Positions 44,871-57,946 of a DNA stretch of 64,000 bases are shown piece by piece. Made by a program: the position numbers and the translations under genes. Source of the stretch: Anthoceros angustus. Taxonomy: Eukaryota > Plantae > Anthocerotophyta. The stretch spans positions 186,001-250,000 of the forward strand of contig MU008151.1 of NCBI GenBank assembly GCA_010909165.1, in the 5' to 3' direction. The notes beneath the pieces are model-generated. The model was not told where the DNA came from, made no database searches, and was given only the letters and a program-made list of their open reading frames with translations. Every line of letters begins with the position of its first letter. Positions within the stretch are counted from its first letter, which is position 1.

Positions 44871-46349
44871 ATGGCCGAGACAAGCAGCGATGAGATGATC
44901 CTGGCAGTAGAGAGCGCTGGGGAGGAGCTGGAGGACAGATCCACCTCGAAACAAACCCGATTGGAAACATAGCGATAGCGACTCAGATGGAGCGGGAAGC
45001 GTGTACACAAGCGGATCCGACTCCGATTCGCGCTCGAGCGAGAACGTGCTTGTGGAGCAGCCGTGGTGCTTCATGCTGGTGCAGCCCGGCATGGCCGACC
45101 GGTGGAAGGTGATGGCTCCCGGGAGGCCACGCGGCTGTGGCTTCACGACCCGAGAATCCCAATCCGCTGTGGTACTGGGTGCCCGTGGACAGGGTGGAGT
45201 CTGCCATCCGCCGGATCCAGCCGCTCACCCCGGCCTCCTACATGGTGGGGCTCTACCGCCGCGCGGCCCGGCTCATGTCCAGTTACCTGGTGGGCGATCC
45301 CAGCCACCCGACGACCTGGAAGGAGATCCAGTGCCAACCTGAGCTGCAGTCGCCCAACTCCCAGGAGCACGTGTTCGCGCACTTGCTCACCCTGCCCAGT
45401 TTCCTGGACTTCCGCATTCTGGAGTTCGGGGCTGTGGAGAATCCGCGCACCGGGGCTGTGACCATCAGGGTTGCAACGCACATCACCAGCGTGGAGAAGT
45501 GGGTGCCGGGATCGGAGATGACCACAGCCGGCAGGAGAATCGAAGGCCCCGGCCCATCCAGTGCGCCGGCGGTCAGAAACGTGGGCCAATTCATCTCCAG
45601 CTGCGTGAAGGGGAGGATGGTGTACATCGCCATCGTCACCCCGCCGTCGGGGCAGCAGCAGGGGTTGGTGCAGGTGTGGATGTACAGCTGGGAGGAGAAG
45701 GCGTTCGCGGAGTACATCGAGGCGATGGGATGGCAGAACGACCCGAAGCTGGGGAAGGCGGTGTGGAGACGTTCCAGCTACTGTTCGACTACAACACCGA
45801 GATGCTGATGATCTGGGCCGGATGGACGGAGGACGAGTTGTATACCAGGGCGGTGGACAGGAATGCGAAGTGGATGGTGAGAAGATTCGGAGGCTGAAGT
45901 TGGACAATATCGCCGGGAAGTGGTGCTGGAACGGGAGGAGGAGGGTTCCAAGATCAAGGACGCGGGCTTCTACTTCAGCCAGCCGTGCTATGCGTCGGGA
46001 TCGGGGCGGGACGTACAGATATTCCCGACCTGGAATAGGGATTATGTGAGTAGCAGGAAGAGTAACCACGGGGAACTGGGGTTCGACGATTCGGATGGAT
46101 CCTGGCAACTGCCCTATCCTCCCGACGTGTACTTGTCCACTCTGAGGAGGGAGGAAGCTGGAGAGTGCGTGTGCATTGGGAGTTTCTGGCCCAAGTCGGG
46201 AGACATTGGTAAAATTCACAGGCTGCAGGAGGTTATCCCGCTTTGGTATAAACGTCGGAGACGATAGATCTGGAAGACGAGGACACGGAACGGCAAAGGG
46301 AACGAGGGAAGATGAAAGAACTAGCGAATGGGTAGTGGGCGGTGTGTAG
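44871..46349 (+). CDS. Paralog of the 29826-31610 beta-propeller-like gene, frameshifted in this arm
   Basis: MAETSSDEMI..., QPWCFMLVQPGMADRWKVM, FRILEFGAVENPRTGAVTIRVAT and CVKGRMVYIAIV are shared; it lacks the 11-aa repeats. The mirror copy is in frame where this copy is not. Confidence 0.7.
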
Positions 46350-46760
46350 CGAGAAGGACGAGTAATTGTGGGCAGTATTATCACCTCCGTTGGTCGTAAT
46401 CTTTGAGCGATTTGATTTCACAGAGCCAAACCGCCCTGGAAGTTTGCAGGATGAGGAGGAGGAGGATAGCATCACCTATGTTACAATTTGGGTGGTCTCT
46501 TTCACAGGCCTGGGCAGCACGGTAGGCGTGCAGTACTCGAAGAATGATTGCACTGATGATGACGCAACCTTGGCCAATGTTAGCGGCGTGTCTGGGCATC
46601 ACAATCATCCTAACTGTCCTTGGATCGCATTAGGTGAATAAGAAGAAGCACAAACCCGCGTTTTCCTAGTGCTTCCAGTTCCACCAGCTTCCCTTCCCAA
46701 GTCCCAACATTGCTGCAATTCCAGCTTCCAGATTCCAGAGCTGACAGCTCACCTGAAAGC

Positions 46761-47391
46761 ATGGCCACTTTAAAGCATGTGTGGGCAGGAGCTTCCGTCC
46801 TCGCCACGCTAGCGACATGCGTGCTGGCTGGTAGCGGCGATGCCGCCTTCCTTAGTCGGTCCCATCAACGGCGACACCTTCACGGCGAAGCCTTTCAGCC
46901 TCGTTCTAGAATTCTAGTATCACCTCACCCCCCCTTCCGAGGAGGAGGTGGTGCCGCCGGTCGATCCGAACACATTGTTCGGCGAAATCGACATGTACGA
47001 CGTGCACCTCACCACCACGTCGGATCCCAACTCCCCCGAGATCGCATGCGGCTATGCTACCTCTTCTTCGATGAACCTTTGGAGTGCTCGGGCTACGAGA
47101 ATAAGGTGACAAGGGTTTTCAACGACAACAGCGGCTTCCCAGCCAACAGCAGCATCAACGTGGAGGGATTTGGGCCTTACGACATCCCGCCGGCAGGTTA
47201 CAGCTACACCGTGGTGGGAGGAACCGGCGCTTTCGCCGGTGCTTAGAGGAGTCTTTACCGACATAGTGTTCTCCTTCAACGCCACTGCAGAAATGCTCCA
47301 GAATGCAAGCATTGTACAAGCTCGAATTTTTTGTGCCGGCCTTCCCTGCTGCAGCCAAGGTGAACATTGGCAAATAATGTCAGTGATATAG
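46761..47391 (+). CDS. Dirigent-like secreted protein (frameshifted)
   Basis: Signal-like N-terminus; LFGEIDMYDVHLTTTSDPNSPEIA and SINVEG...YTVVGGTGAFAGA(RG) resemble dirigent motifs. Confidence 0.65.
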
Positions 47392-47710
47392 TGGCAGCCT
47401 TCAACGAAAATGGTGCCTGCAGAGGCCAAGCCTCAGGAACTGCTACAGGGTTATAAAGCACAAAAAGCATGCCCGGGTTTCAAATGTTCCGGTGTGGAGC
47501 ATTAACAACAGTCTACAAACGAGTAATGGGGAGAGCTCGCCTGAGAGTTCCTGTGCTACCACTAGGAGTTTCATAACGAATCGTCCACAGACAACGCCTG
47601 CTAATCCATCCTCAAAACCCTGTCCAGCAGGAACGAAAACCCCGGAGCCTATAAGGGATCTCCAACTCCACAGTGCAGGGAAACCAACCTAACCTAAAGT
47701 GGCTACAATT
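47390..47710 (-). pseudogene. Sulfiredoxin genomic fragment (intron, FSGCHR exon, intron, last exon); mirror at ~50310-50620 (+)
   Basis: Colinear with 20105-20400, including GGC(C/T)TCTGCAGGCACCATTT.CGTTGA. Confidence 0.7.
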
Positions 47711-48169
47711 GACCAAGCAAACACACTCAAGGCTGCAGATGAAAGCTTGAAATGGATCCTTCCACACCCCAGTGGCACAGGCCACTGAGCTGCATCGCTA
47801 GCCCAAGCCTACTCATGATTCGGAAACGTGCTCAAATTCCTTCTCCAACGCCCCTGGCGTCCGCTGGCAGGGGTCTGTGCCTGAGCGTGGAACTCAACAC
47901 CACCTCATGTGCCCACATCAGCAATGCTAACCAACTAGTGCTGCGGGTGGAACCTACTGCAAAGAAATAATGTCGGACAACAAAATCCAAGATTGCAATA
48001 ACATAAATTTAACTCCCACGAGAGAAGTTGGGCCCTCAGCTTTCAAGTAGTCACTCTTCTTACCCAGGCCTTACCCACAAGGCATCTCCATTTGCTGATT
48101 ATATCCGCCTTGCACAATTAAGCCCATTGCAGGCCATGGGCTGTCTGAACCATTTTCAAAACGATGACC

Positions 48170-48330
48170 AATGAACCTTGCACAAGTATCAGAGCCCACC
48201 TGCTGGGCAGAACCAGGTTGAGCTGTCAACCTTGCACAATTATCTGAGCCCCCTGCTGGCCATGGGCCGAACCATGTTGAGCATGATCAACCTTGCACAA
48301 TTATCTGAGCTTCCCTGCTGGCCATGGGCA
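48170..48330. repeat. About 63-bp tandem repeat x2-3 (CAACCTTGCACAATTATCTGAGC...CTGCTGGCCATGGG); mirrored at 49680-49840 and 55060-55190
   Basis: Directly visible. Confidence 0.75.
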
Positions 48331-49479
48331 GAACCAGGATGAACAATCAACCACCCCAGTCTGCAACAACAGAAGGAGACATCTCTGCCAGGCATGTTAT
48401 TGAATACATTATTTAGGAGTTTCGAAACAGGAAAATAATGCAATTGCACACACCTTGAGAAGGCAAGAAAGTAACTTGGTTTCCCACAATAAAGCCTTCC
48501 TCCTCCATTTGTCCATATATTTTTGTTCCAGTGGTTCAATGCGAACCGAGTAATCCTGTGAGAGACGCTGTTAGAGAGGTCCTCAACTCTCAACAGCTTT
48601 TTCGTTCTTGGGTAATTAGGCGCCCCATGGCCAACCAAGCGACGATCCCTAACCAGTGCCAACGACAAGCTTGCTTCTTCCTTTGCCCCAACTCTTCGTT
48701 GCTTGCATTTGAAGAACTGGTCCATCATCCATTAGCTGACTTCACAGAGTACAGGTTCGGGAGTGTGGACATCACAGGACTTCAAGGTCAAGGCTTTTGA
48801 GAAGAACCAATTGCTTTCAGACTTACCTCCAAACTTGCAAGGACTCTATGGTTTTTATTTTGTAGCAATTCTTAAAGGCTTGGTCTGTGCAGGCACCACT
48901 TCGTTGAATGATGGCTGGGAATGGACATCTTCTACATCACCGCAATCAAATCAAATTGAATTGAATTAGCTGACGGCAGGCTGGTACCATTGTCATGTAC
49001 ATACGCACATGGTAAGGTTGTTCGAGTGTCAATCATTTATTAGTAGTACAAATCTCGATTTGTAGCATCAAAGTCTGGCAAATCTGGGCTCAGGTACTGC
49101 ACACGAGATAGCTAAACTCACAAGTCCTGCTGACTGATGAGAAGAGCTGTCACCTACTACAGTAGTAACTCCTTACAAGTTTGGAGGTAAGTCTGAAAGC
49201 AATTGGTTCTTCTCAAAAGCCTTGACCTTGAAGTCCTGTGATGTCCACTCCCGAACCTGTACTCTGTGAAGTCAGCTAATGGATGATGGACCAGTTCTTC
49301 AATGCAAGCAACGAAGAGTTGGGGCAAAGGAAGAAGCAAGCTTGTCGTTGGCACTGGTTAGGGATCGTCGCTTGGTTGGCCATGGGGCGCCTAATTACCC
49401 AAGAACGAAAAAGCTGTTGAGAGTTGAGGACCTCTCTAACAGCGTCTCACAGGATTACTCGGTTCGCATTGAACCACTG

Positions 49480-49640
49480 GAACAAAAATATGGACAAATG
49501 GAGGAGGAAGGCTTTATTGTGGGAAACCAAGTTACTTTCGCTTGCCTTCTCAAGGTGTGTGCAATTGCATTATTTTCCTGTTTCGAAACTCCTAAATAAT
49601 GTATTCAATAACATGCCTGGCAGAGATGTCTCCTTCTGTT
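49480..49640 (+). pseudogene. PLS-type PPR-like fragment (mirrors at ~48380-48530 and ~55215-55375)
   Basis: YGQMEEEGFIVGNQVTFACLLKVCA and, in another frame, NVFNNMPGRDVS resemble PPR motifs; frameshifted. Confidence 0.5.
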
Positions 49641-50613
49641 GTTGCAGACTGGGGTGGTTGATTGTTCATCCTGGTTCTGCCCATGGCCAGCAGGGAAGCT
49701 CAGATAATTGTGCAAGGTTGATCATGCTCAACATGGTTCGGCCCATGGCCAGCAGGGGGCTCAGATAATTGTGCAAGGTTGACAGCTCAACCTGGTTCTG
49801 CCCAGCAGGTGGGGCTCTGATACTTGTGCAAGGTTCATTGGTCATCGTTTTGAAAATGGTTCAGACAGCCCATGGCCTGCAATGGGCTTAATTGTGCAAG
49901 GCGGATATAATCAGCAAATGGAGATGCCTTGTGGGTAAGGCCTGGGTAAGAAGAGTGACTACTTGAAAGCTGAGGGCCCAACTTCTCTCGTGGGAGTTAA
50001 ATTTATGTTATTGCAATCTTGGATTTTGTTGTCCTGACATTATTTCTTTGCGAAGTAGGTTCCACCCGCAGCACTAGTTGGTTAGCATTGCTGATGTGGG
50101 CACATGAGGTGGTGTTGAGTTCCACGCTGGGGCACAGACCCCTGCCAGCGGACGCCAGGGGCGTTGGAGAAGGAATTTGAGCACGTTTCCGAATCATGAG
50201 TAGGCTTGGGCTAGATGCAGCTCAGTGGCCTGTGCCACTGGGGTGTGGAAGGATCCATTTCAAGCTTTCATCTGCAGCCTTGAGTGTGTTTGCTTGGTCA
50301 ATTGTAGCCACTTTAGGTTAGGTTGGTTTCCTGCACTGTGGAGTTGGAGATCCTTATAGGCTGGGGTTTTCGTTCCTGCTGGACAGGGTTTTGAGGATGG
50401 ATTAGCAGGCGTTGTCTGTGGACGATTCGTTATGAAACTCCTAGTGGTAGCACAGGAACTCTCAGGCGAGCTCTCCCATTACTCGTTTGTAGACTGTTGT
50501 TAATGCTCCACACCGGAACATTTGAAACCCGGGCATGCTTTTTGTGCTTTATAACCCTGTAGCAGTTCCTGAGGCTTGGCCTCTGCAGGCACCATTTTCG
50601 TTGAAGGCTGCCA

Positions 50614-51233
50614 CTATATCACTGACATTATTTGCCAATGTTCACCTTGGCTGCAGCAGGAAGGCCGGCACAAAAATTCGAGCTTGTACAATGCTTGCAT
50701 TCTGGAGCATTTCTGCAGTGGCGTTGAAGGAGAACACTATGTCGGTAAAGACTCCTCTAAGCACCGGCGAAAAGCGCCGGTTCCTCCCACCACGGTGTAG
50801 CTGTAACCTGCCGGCGGGATGTCAAGGCCCAAATCCCTCCACGTTGATGCTGCTGTTGGCTGGGAAGCCGCTGTTGTCGTTGAAAACCCTTGTCACCTTA
50901 TTCTCGTAGCCCGAGCACTCCAAAGGTTCATCGAAGAGGTAGCATAGCCGCATGCGATCTCGGGGAGTTGGGATCCGACGTGGTGGTGAGGTGCACGTCG
51001 TACATGTCGATTTCGCCGAACAATGTGTTCGGATCGACCGGCGGCACCACCTCCTCCTCGGAAGGGGGTGAGGTGATACTAGAATTCTAGAACGAGGCTG
51101 AAAGGCTTCGCCGTGAAGGTGTCGCCGTTGATGGGACCGACTAAGGAAGGCGGCATCGCCGCTACCAGCCAGCACGCATGTCGCTAGCGTGGCGAGGACG
51201 GAAGCTCCTGCCCACATGCTTTAAAGTGGCCAT
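50614..51233 (-). CDS. Mirror copy of the dirigent-like gene
   Basis: Reverse complement of 46761-47391. Confidence 0.6.
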
Positions 51234-51639
51234 GCTTTCAGGTGAGCTGTCAGCTCTGGAATCTGGAAGCTGGAATTGCAGCAATGTTGGGACTTGGGAA
51301 GGAAGCTGGTGGAACTGGAAGCACTAGGAAAACGCGGGTTTGTGCTTCTTCTTATTCACCTAATGCGATCCAAGGACAGTTAGGATGATTGTGATGCCCA
51401 GACACGCCGCTAACATTGGCCAAGGTTGCGTCATCATCAGTGCAATCATTCTTCGAGTACTGCACGCCTACCGTGCTGCCCAGGCCTGTGAAAGAGACCA
51501 CCCAAATTGTAACATAGGTGATGCTATCCTCCTCCTCCTCATCCTGCAACTTCCAGGGCGGTTTGGCTCGAAATCAAATCGCTCAAAGATTACGACCAAC
51601 GGAGGTGATAATACTGCCCACAATTACTCGTCCTTCTCG

Positions 51640-53115
51640 CTACACACCGCCCACTACCCATTCGCTAGTTCTTTCATCTTCCCTCGTTCCCTTTGCCGTT
51701 CCGTGTCCTCGTCTTCCAGATCTATCGTCTCCGACGTTTATACCAAAGCAGGATAACCTCCTGCAGCCTGTGAATTTTACCAATGTCTCCGACTTGGGCC
51801 AGAAACCCCAATGCACACGCACTCTCCAGCTTCCTCCTCCTCAGAGTGGACAAGTACACGTCGGGAGGATAGGGCAGTGGATCCATCCGAATCGTCGAAC
51901 CCCAGTTCCCCGTGGTTACTCTTCCTGCTACTCACATAATCCCTATTCCAGGTCGGGAATATCTGTACGTCCCGCCCCGATCCCGACGCATAGCACGGCT
52001 GGCTGAAGTAGAAGCCCGCGTCCTTGATCTTGGAACCCTCCTCCTCCCGTTCCAGCACCCACTTCCCGGCGATATTGTCCAACTTCAGCCTCCCGAATCT
52101 TCTCACCATCCACTTCGCATTCCTGTCCACCGCCCGGTATACAACTCGTCCTCCGTCCATCCGGCCCAGATCATCAGCATCTCGGTGTTGTAGTCGAACA
52201 GTAGCTGGAACGTCTCCCACACCGCCTTCCCCAGCTTCGGGTCGTTCTGCCATCCCATCGCCTCGATGTACTCCGCGAACGCCTTCTCCTCCCAGCTGTA
52301 CATCCACACCTGCACCAACCCCTGCTGCTGCCCTGACGGCGGGTGACGATGGCGATGTACACCATCCTCCCCTTCACGCAGCTGGAGATGAATTGGCCCA
52401 CGTTTCTGACCGGCGCACTGGATGGGCCGGGGCCTTCGATTCTCCTGCCGGCTGTGGTCATCTCCGATCCCGGCACCCACTTCTCCACGCTGGTGATGTG
52501 CGTTGCAACCCTGATGGTCACAGCCCCGGTGCGCGGATTCTCCACAGCCCCGAACTCCAGAATGCGGAAGTCCAGGAAACTGGGCAGGGTGAGCAAGTGC
52601 GCGAACACGTGCTCCTGGGAGTTGGGCGACTGCAGCTCGGGTTGGCACTGGATCTCCTTCCAGGTCGTCGGGTGGCTGGGATCGCCCACCAGGTAACTGG
52701 ACATGAGCCGGGCCGCGCGGCGGAAGTAGAGCCCCACCATGTAGGAGGCCGGGGTGAGCGGCTGGATCCGGCGGATGGCAGACTCCACCCTGTCCACGGG
52801 CACCCAGTACCACAGCGGATTGGGATTCTCGGGGTCGTGAAGCCACAGCCGCGTGGCCTCCCGGGGAGCCATCACCTTCCACCGGTCGGCCATGCCGGGC
52901 TGCACCAGCATGAAGCACCACGGCTGCTCCACAAGCACGTTCTCGCTCGAGCGCGAATCGGAGTCGGATCCGCTTGTGTACACGCTTCCCGCTCCATCTG
53001 AGTCGCTATCGCTATGTTTCCAATCGGGTTTGTTTCGAGGTGGATCTGTCCACTCCAGCTCCTCCCCAGCGCTCTCTACTGCCAGGATCATCTCATCGCT
53101 GCTTGTCTCGGCCAT
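51640..53115 (-). CDS. Mirror copy of the beta-propeller-like paralog
   Basis: Reverse complement of 44871-46349; ORF 52174-53304 is open across the N-terminal half. Confidence 0.65.
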
Positions 53116-54490
53116 GTCGACGTGCCTCCATTCGGCCTGTACAGGCAGCTCTCGATGAAGTCTCCGGGTTACAGCAGATTTCTTCACTGCAATCTTGAAC
53201 CTTGGAGTAACAAAGGTATTCCGTGGCCCATTCAATTCGGTGCATCCCGTTCGGCTTCCCATATTCTTGTACTGTCGCTGGTTTTCGAGCTCCAAATTCC
53301 ACAAATATCCGGCAAGTTACCCAGATCGACTGTCGGGTTTGAAGTTCACTCAGCGGCAGGAATTTGAACGGATTGGATGAAACACTACAACCGCCTACAG
53401 CTCAGCTTTGCTTTGCAACCAGGACGAGGAACGAGAGGAACTTTCTCCTTTCCATTGGTCCTTTGATATGCGCATACCTGACTTCAGGGAGAAACTATGC
53501 ACGTCTGAACCCTTGTCTTTCAGTTGGTATGTGACGCCTTCATATACACTTGGCACCAGTAGCAGAAGTAATCTGAATGTTACCCAAACAGTTACAGGGT
53601 TCAGTAACTTTTGTGATGCAAACCTCAAGAAATTGCTCAACACCCATTCCTTCATAACCTCCAACGTGATTGGAACCAACATCGCGATGGAAAAAACGCG
53701 CATGGTGAGTGTTTAGGAAGAACTCACATTCAGTGACAGCTTGAACTTGTCGTGCCATAAATACACAAGTCAGCTGTATGTTTAGTAGCCACTGGATCGC
53801 CACGCCTGTTTGCCCATCCACGGACTATTCAGCAGCTCACAAAATATTGTTACCCTGAAAAGACCCATCCTATATCTTGCTCTTGCTCCGCTCCTGGTTT
53901 AGCTGAATCCACCTCTTGATTGAACCTATTGAAATTCAAGGTATGCGCATCCTCGCATTCGACATTCGGATACAAGAGGCTTTATCGGACTTACATCAAA
54001 GCTAAGAGCTCGTGCAGCTTACAAGATTAAAACTCTTGCCGCAATTCAGGTTGTTCTGCTGATGATCGAAAGCTCTATGAAGAGCTTCTCATGAAACCGA
54101 GAATATCCTGAGAATGTATTATTAAGAAAGTCAAGAGGTACAAGACTAAAGCCCACGTTCAGAAATCCAAGAGATAGAAAGCAGAAAGCCAAAGCTTATA
54201 TATTTAAATATAAACTGAAGGTCAAAGATCAAGTAGGTTAACAGCCAACAGCCAAAGTTTATTGAAATCGTGGGATTAAGGCCTTGAATTCCAAAACCAT
54301 TACTTATTTAGTTCTAACAAATGTATAAGGACTGAGCCAACGCTCTTCATTCTAATCGCAATGAAGCAAAGCGCTTGCAAGTTGCACAAGCCAAACGGAT
54401 CATATCCTTAGCTTATTCTTTTCTCTTCTTAGCTCAGTCGATGTAAACTACTGCGAGTCCACATCATGAAGACGGTAGAGGATTCTCAAC

Positions 54491-54687
54491 AGAAGAAGAA
54501 GAAGAATTTTATTTCAGTCCACTAAGGAAGGATTTCCGTCATGGGACTTGGTACTTAAGCCACTTGTACCATGCCTCTACTTGCCAAGGGCATCCACTCC
54601 TTTAGGCACCCCATCTAAGTACCCATCTGAGCTCAGGATGCTTAATCACGGCGTTCTTATAAATGTGTGTCCATTTGGCCTAAGCCA
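54491..54687 (-). mobile_element. Mirror copy of the 5S-derived SINE
   Basis: Reverse complement of 43278-43485. Confidence 0.75.
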
Positions 54688-55050
54688 GGCTGGTCGCCGC
54701 TCTCGGCAGTCTTCACCTCGGACGGGTAGCCACTGGAGGCTCGTCTGCATTTCACACAAACCAGAAGCGAATTATCCTCTTTGTTGGGAACCCACTTACA
54801 GTCTGACTTGTCCTCCACGGGTTTCTCCTTCAACAAAGGAGTAGTCCATGACTTGGATTTCGACGTTCCCTGCACGGCCCACTTGGACTTGCAGATCTCA
54901 TCGCCATGGTGCTGGGTCACTGGGTCCTTACCTGAGCCGCCCTGGGGATGAGGATACCAAGGTGCAGATTTTCAGGATGCTCAGGATGCTCGTATTGAGG
55001 ATGTTCGGCATGCTCACGAGCTACCGCTTCCGAATAAGGATGACGCCAAC

Positions 55051-55891
55051 TGCTGGGCAGAACCAGGTTGAGCTGTCAACCTTGCACAATTATCTGAGCC
55101 CCCTGCTGGCCATGGGCCGAACCATGTTGAGCATGATCAACCTTGCACAATTATCTGAGCTTCCCTGCTGGCCATGGGCAGAACCAGGATGAACAATCAA
55201 CCACCCCAGTCTGCAACAACAGAAGGAGACATCTCTGCCAGGCATGTTATTGAATACATTATTTAGGAGTTTGAAACAGGAAAATAATGCAATTGCACAC
55301 ACCTTGAGAAGGCAAGGAAAGTAACTTGGTTTCCCACAAAAGCCTTCCTCCTCCATTTGTCCATATATTTTTGTTCCAGTGGTTCAATGCGAACCGAGTA
55401 ATCCTGTGAGAGACGCTGTTAGAGAGGTCCTCAACTCTCAACAGCTTTTTCGTTCTTGGGTAATTAGGCGCCCCATGGCCAACCAAGCGACGATCCCTAA
55501 CCAGTGCCAACGACAAGCTTGCTTCTTCCTTTGCCCCAACTCTTCGTTGCTTGCATTTGAAGAACTGGTCCATCATCCATTAGCTGACTTCACAGAGTAC
55601 AGGTTCGGGAGTGTGGACATCACAGGACTTCAAGGTCAAGGCTTTTGAGAAGAACCAATTGCTTTCAGACTTACCTCCAAACTTGTAAGGAGTTACTACT
55701 GTAGTAGGTGACAGCTCTTCTCATCAGTCAGCAGGACTTGTGAGTTTAGCTATCGTGTGCAGTACCTGAGCCCAGATTTGCCAGACTTTGATGCTACAAA
55801 TCGAGATTTGTACTACTAATAAATGATTGACACTCGAACAACCTTACCATGTGCGTATGTACATGACAATGGTACCAGCCATGCTGGGCAG
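55051..55891. other. Insertion flanked by a 10-bp direct repeat TGCTGGGCAG; its content is the reverse complement of ~48970-49807
   Basis: TGCTGGGCAG at 55051-55060 and 55882-55891; the left arm has a single site (CTGCCCAGCA, 42900-42909). Confidence 0.85.
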
Positions 55892-56652
55892 CGATACCTG
55901 GGGCTGGAGTCGGAGCCTTAATTGGGCGCTGGCCACGGCGGGCGAGGCGATGGAGCCGGAGCCTTGTGCGGGCCCCTGCCCTTGCCTGGCGAATATGGCT
56001 GTTTCTTCTCCGCAAGCCGCTTGCCGCGCCACCCAGGGGCGAGCTGGGTGCAGGTCGTGAATCCGCACCACGAATTGGTCTGCACGGATCCGGCAGGGCA
56101 GGTGACCGACTTGCTGCTGGGCTCTGAACCTGAACCTCTGTCCAGCAGGAGACAAACCCCGGAGCCTGTAAGGGATCTCCAGCTGCCACTTTGCAGCCGC
56201 AACCTAACCTTAAAGAAGATGGAATCGACCAAGTGGATGAAGGCTTGGAATGGATTGCTATTCATCGGTTAGTAACATTTCTTCCTCATACAGCAATTTC
56301 ACGGCAGCGGCTTGCATGCCATCTACATTAAACCCTAAGCCCTATCTCAAGAGGTGCAAGTCGCCCTGTCTGTCCACTTTCCAACAAACAAACCCTAAAC
56401 CCTATCTCCAGATGTAATGTTGCGTAGGCATTAAACGCGTGTTGGGACTGGTAGCAGACAATCTTGAGACACAGGATCCACTTCTCTTAATTCAACTTCC
56501 AATCAAGCCAGTCGCTTGCAAGATGCAAGCTCATAATCCAGCACGGCCACAACCGATCCTATCGATCAACAGTAGGTACTAGGATCGACATCAAGTTCAC
56601 GGAAGAAGAGCATACTCGACAGACTCGTCCCGCTGTCGATAGCCTTCGCCAC

Positions 56653-57946
56653 CTACGGGTAGCTACCGGAGGGCACGTCTGCACATTTCACACATACCAG
56701 AAGCCAATTTCCTCGTTCTTGGAAACCAACTTGCAGCCCGGCTTGTCCTCCCAAGCGGAGTCTTTCATGGGTTCCTCCTTGGAGTAGTCCATCACCTCGA
56801 TGACGTTGCCCTCCACCGTCCACTTGGTGTTGCAGCTGTTGTCGCCGTGGTGCGGGGCACTGGAGCCTTGGCCCGCCGTGGGATGAGGATGCCCGGCTGA
56901 TGCGGGTGCTCGAGATGCTCATGAGGATGCTCGCCATGCTCAGGAGCTTCGGAATAAGGATGATGCCAGTTGCTGGGCCGCGACACCTCCGACAATTGCA
57001 ACGATCTGGAGTAATGGTGACTACGAGGCGACGGCATGGTGCCCATGACCGTGACCATGCGCAGGAGCTGGAGCCGGAACTTGGTGGTGATGGACTGGCG
57101 ATGGAGCCGGCGCCTTGTGGTGATGGGCTGGCGATGCAGCCTTGCGGTGATGGGCTGGCGACGGAGCCGGCGCCTTGTGCTGATGGGCTGCTGGCGACGG
57201 AGCCGGCGTGGGCGCCTTGTGGTGGTGAGCCGGCGATGGAGGCGGCGCCTTGTGGTGATGCACAGGCGACGGAGCCGGCGTCTTGTGGTGATGGACTGGC
57301 GATGGAGCAGGCGCCTTGTGGTGATGATGCATGGGCGATGGAGCTGGAGAGTGAGCAGGCGTGGGCGTGCTTCCGGTGGGGTGATGATGCCCGTGATGAT
57401 GTCGCGCAGGAAGCTGCCATGGCTGAAAACGCCCACCGAGTCGACCAGGACCTCGTCGTACGCCCGTCTCTGCCGCGAGCCGCTTGCCGTGCCACCCGGG
57501 GCGAGCTTGGTGCATGCCGTGAACCCGCACGACGAGGTCGTTTCCACAGCGCCGGCGGGGCAGGATGCGGGATCCGTCTTGCTGCTCGGCTTCAGCGCGA
57601 CCCACACCCGGCCCCGGCAGAACGGGAGCCGGGCAAACCACTTGCTGCCACGCCCACCCGCCTTCGTGATCACCTTCACCGTCACCCCAGCGACCCCACG
57701 ACGTCAGGGTCGGCTGCGTTGCTCCACCCTCCCGTGCGGCCAGACGGTGCCCAGATCCGGGTCCACCTGCGACACATGGACCTGGTCGGCGTCGGCCCAG
57801 GCGTTGAGCGAGACCCCTCCACCGGTTGAGCCGCCGACTTGGCCAGGCCGGCGAGCGCCAGAAGGAGGGAGCAGGAGGAGCAGAGGCGATGGAGATGGGG
57901 ATGGCGGGCGGCGGGAATGGGAGCGGGACGATGCGGGCCGCTCCAT
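56653..57946 (-). CDS. Mirror copy of the His/Pro-rich secreted protein gene
   Basis: Reverse complement of 40819-42140, with different indels. Confidence 0.6.

Larger units (their letters stand above)
34501..48837. repeat. Left arm of a giant inverted repeat (extends beyond the part mirrored in the window)
   Basis: The reverse complement of 64000 matches 34501 (AATTGGGGCG); colinear to AAACTTG at 48831-48837. Confidence 0.92.

Noticed and set aside
44871-47391. Frameshifts in arm genes as evidence of pseudogenisation
   Set aside because: The breaks are not shared between the two arms and single-copy genes are clean, so they probably reflect unpolished repeats; coding status is left open.
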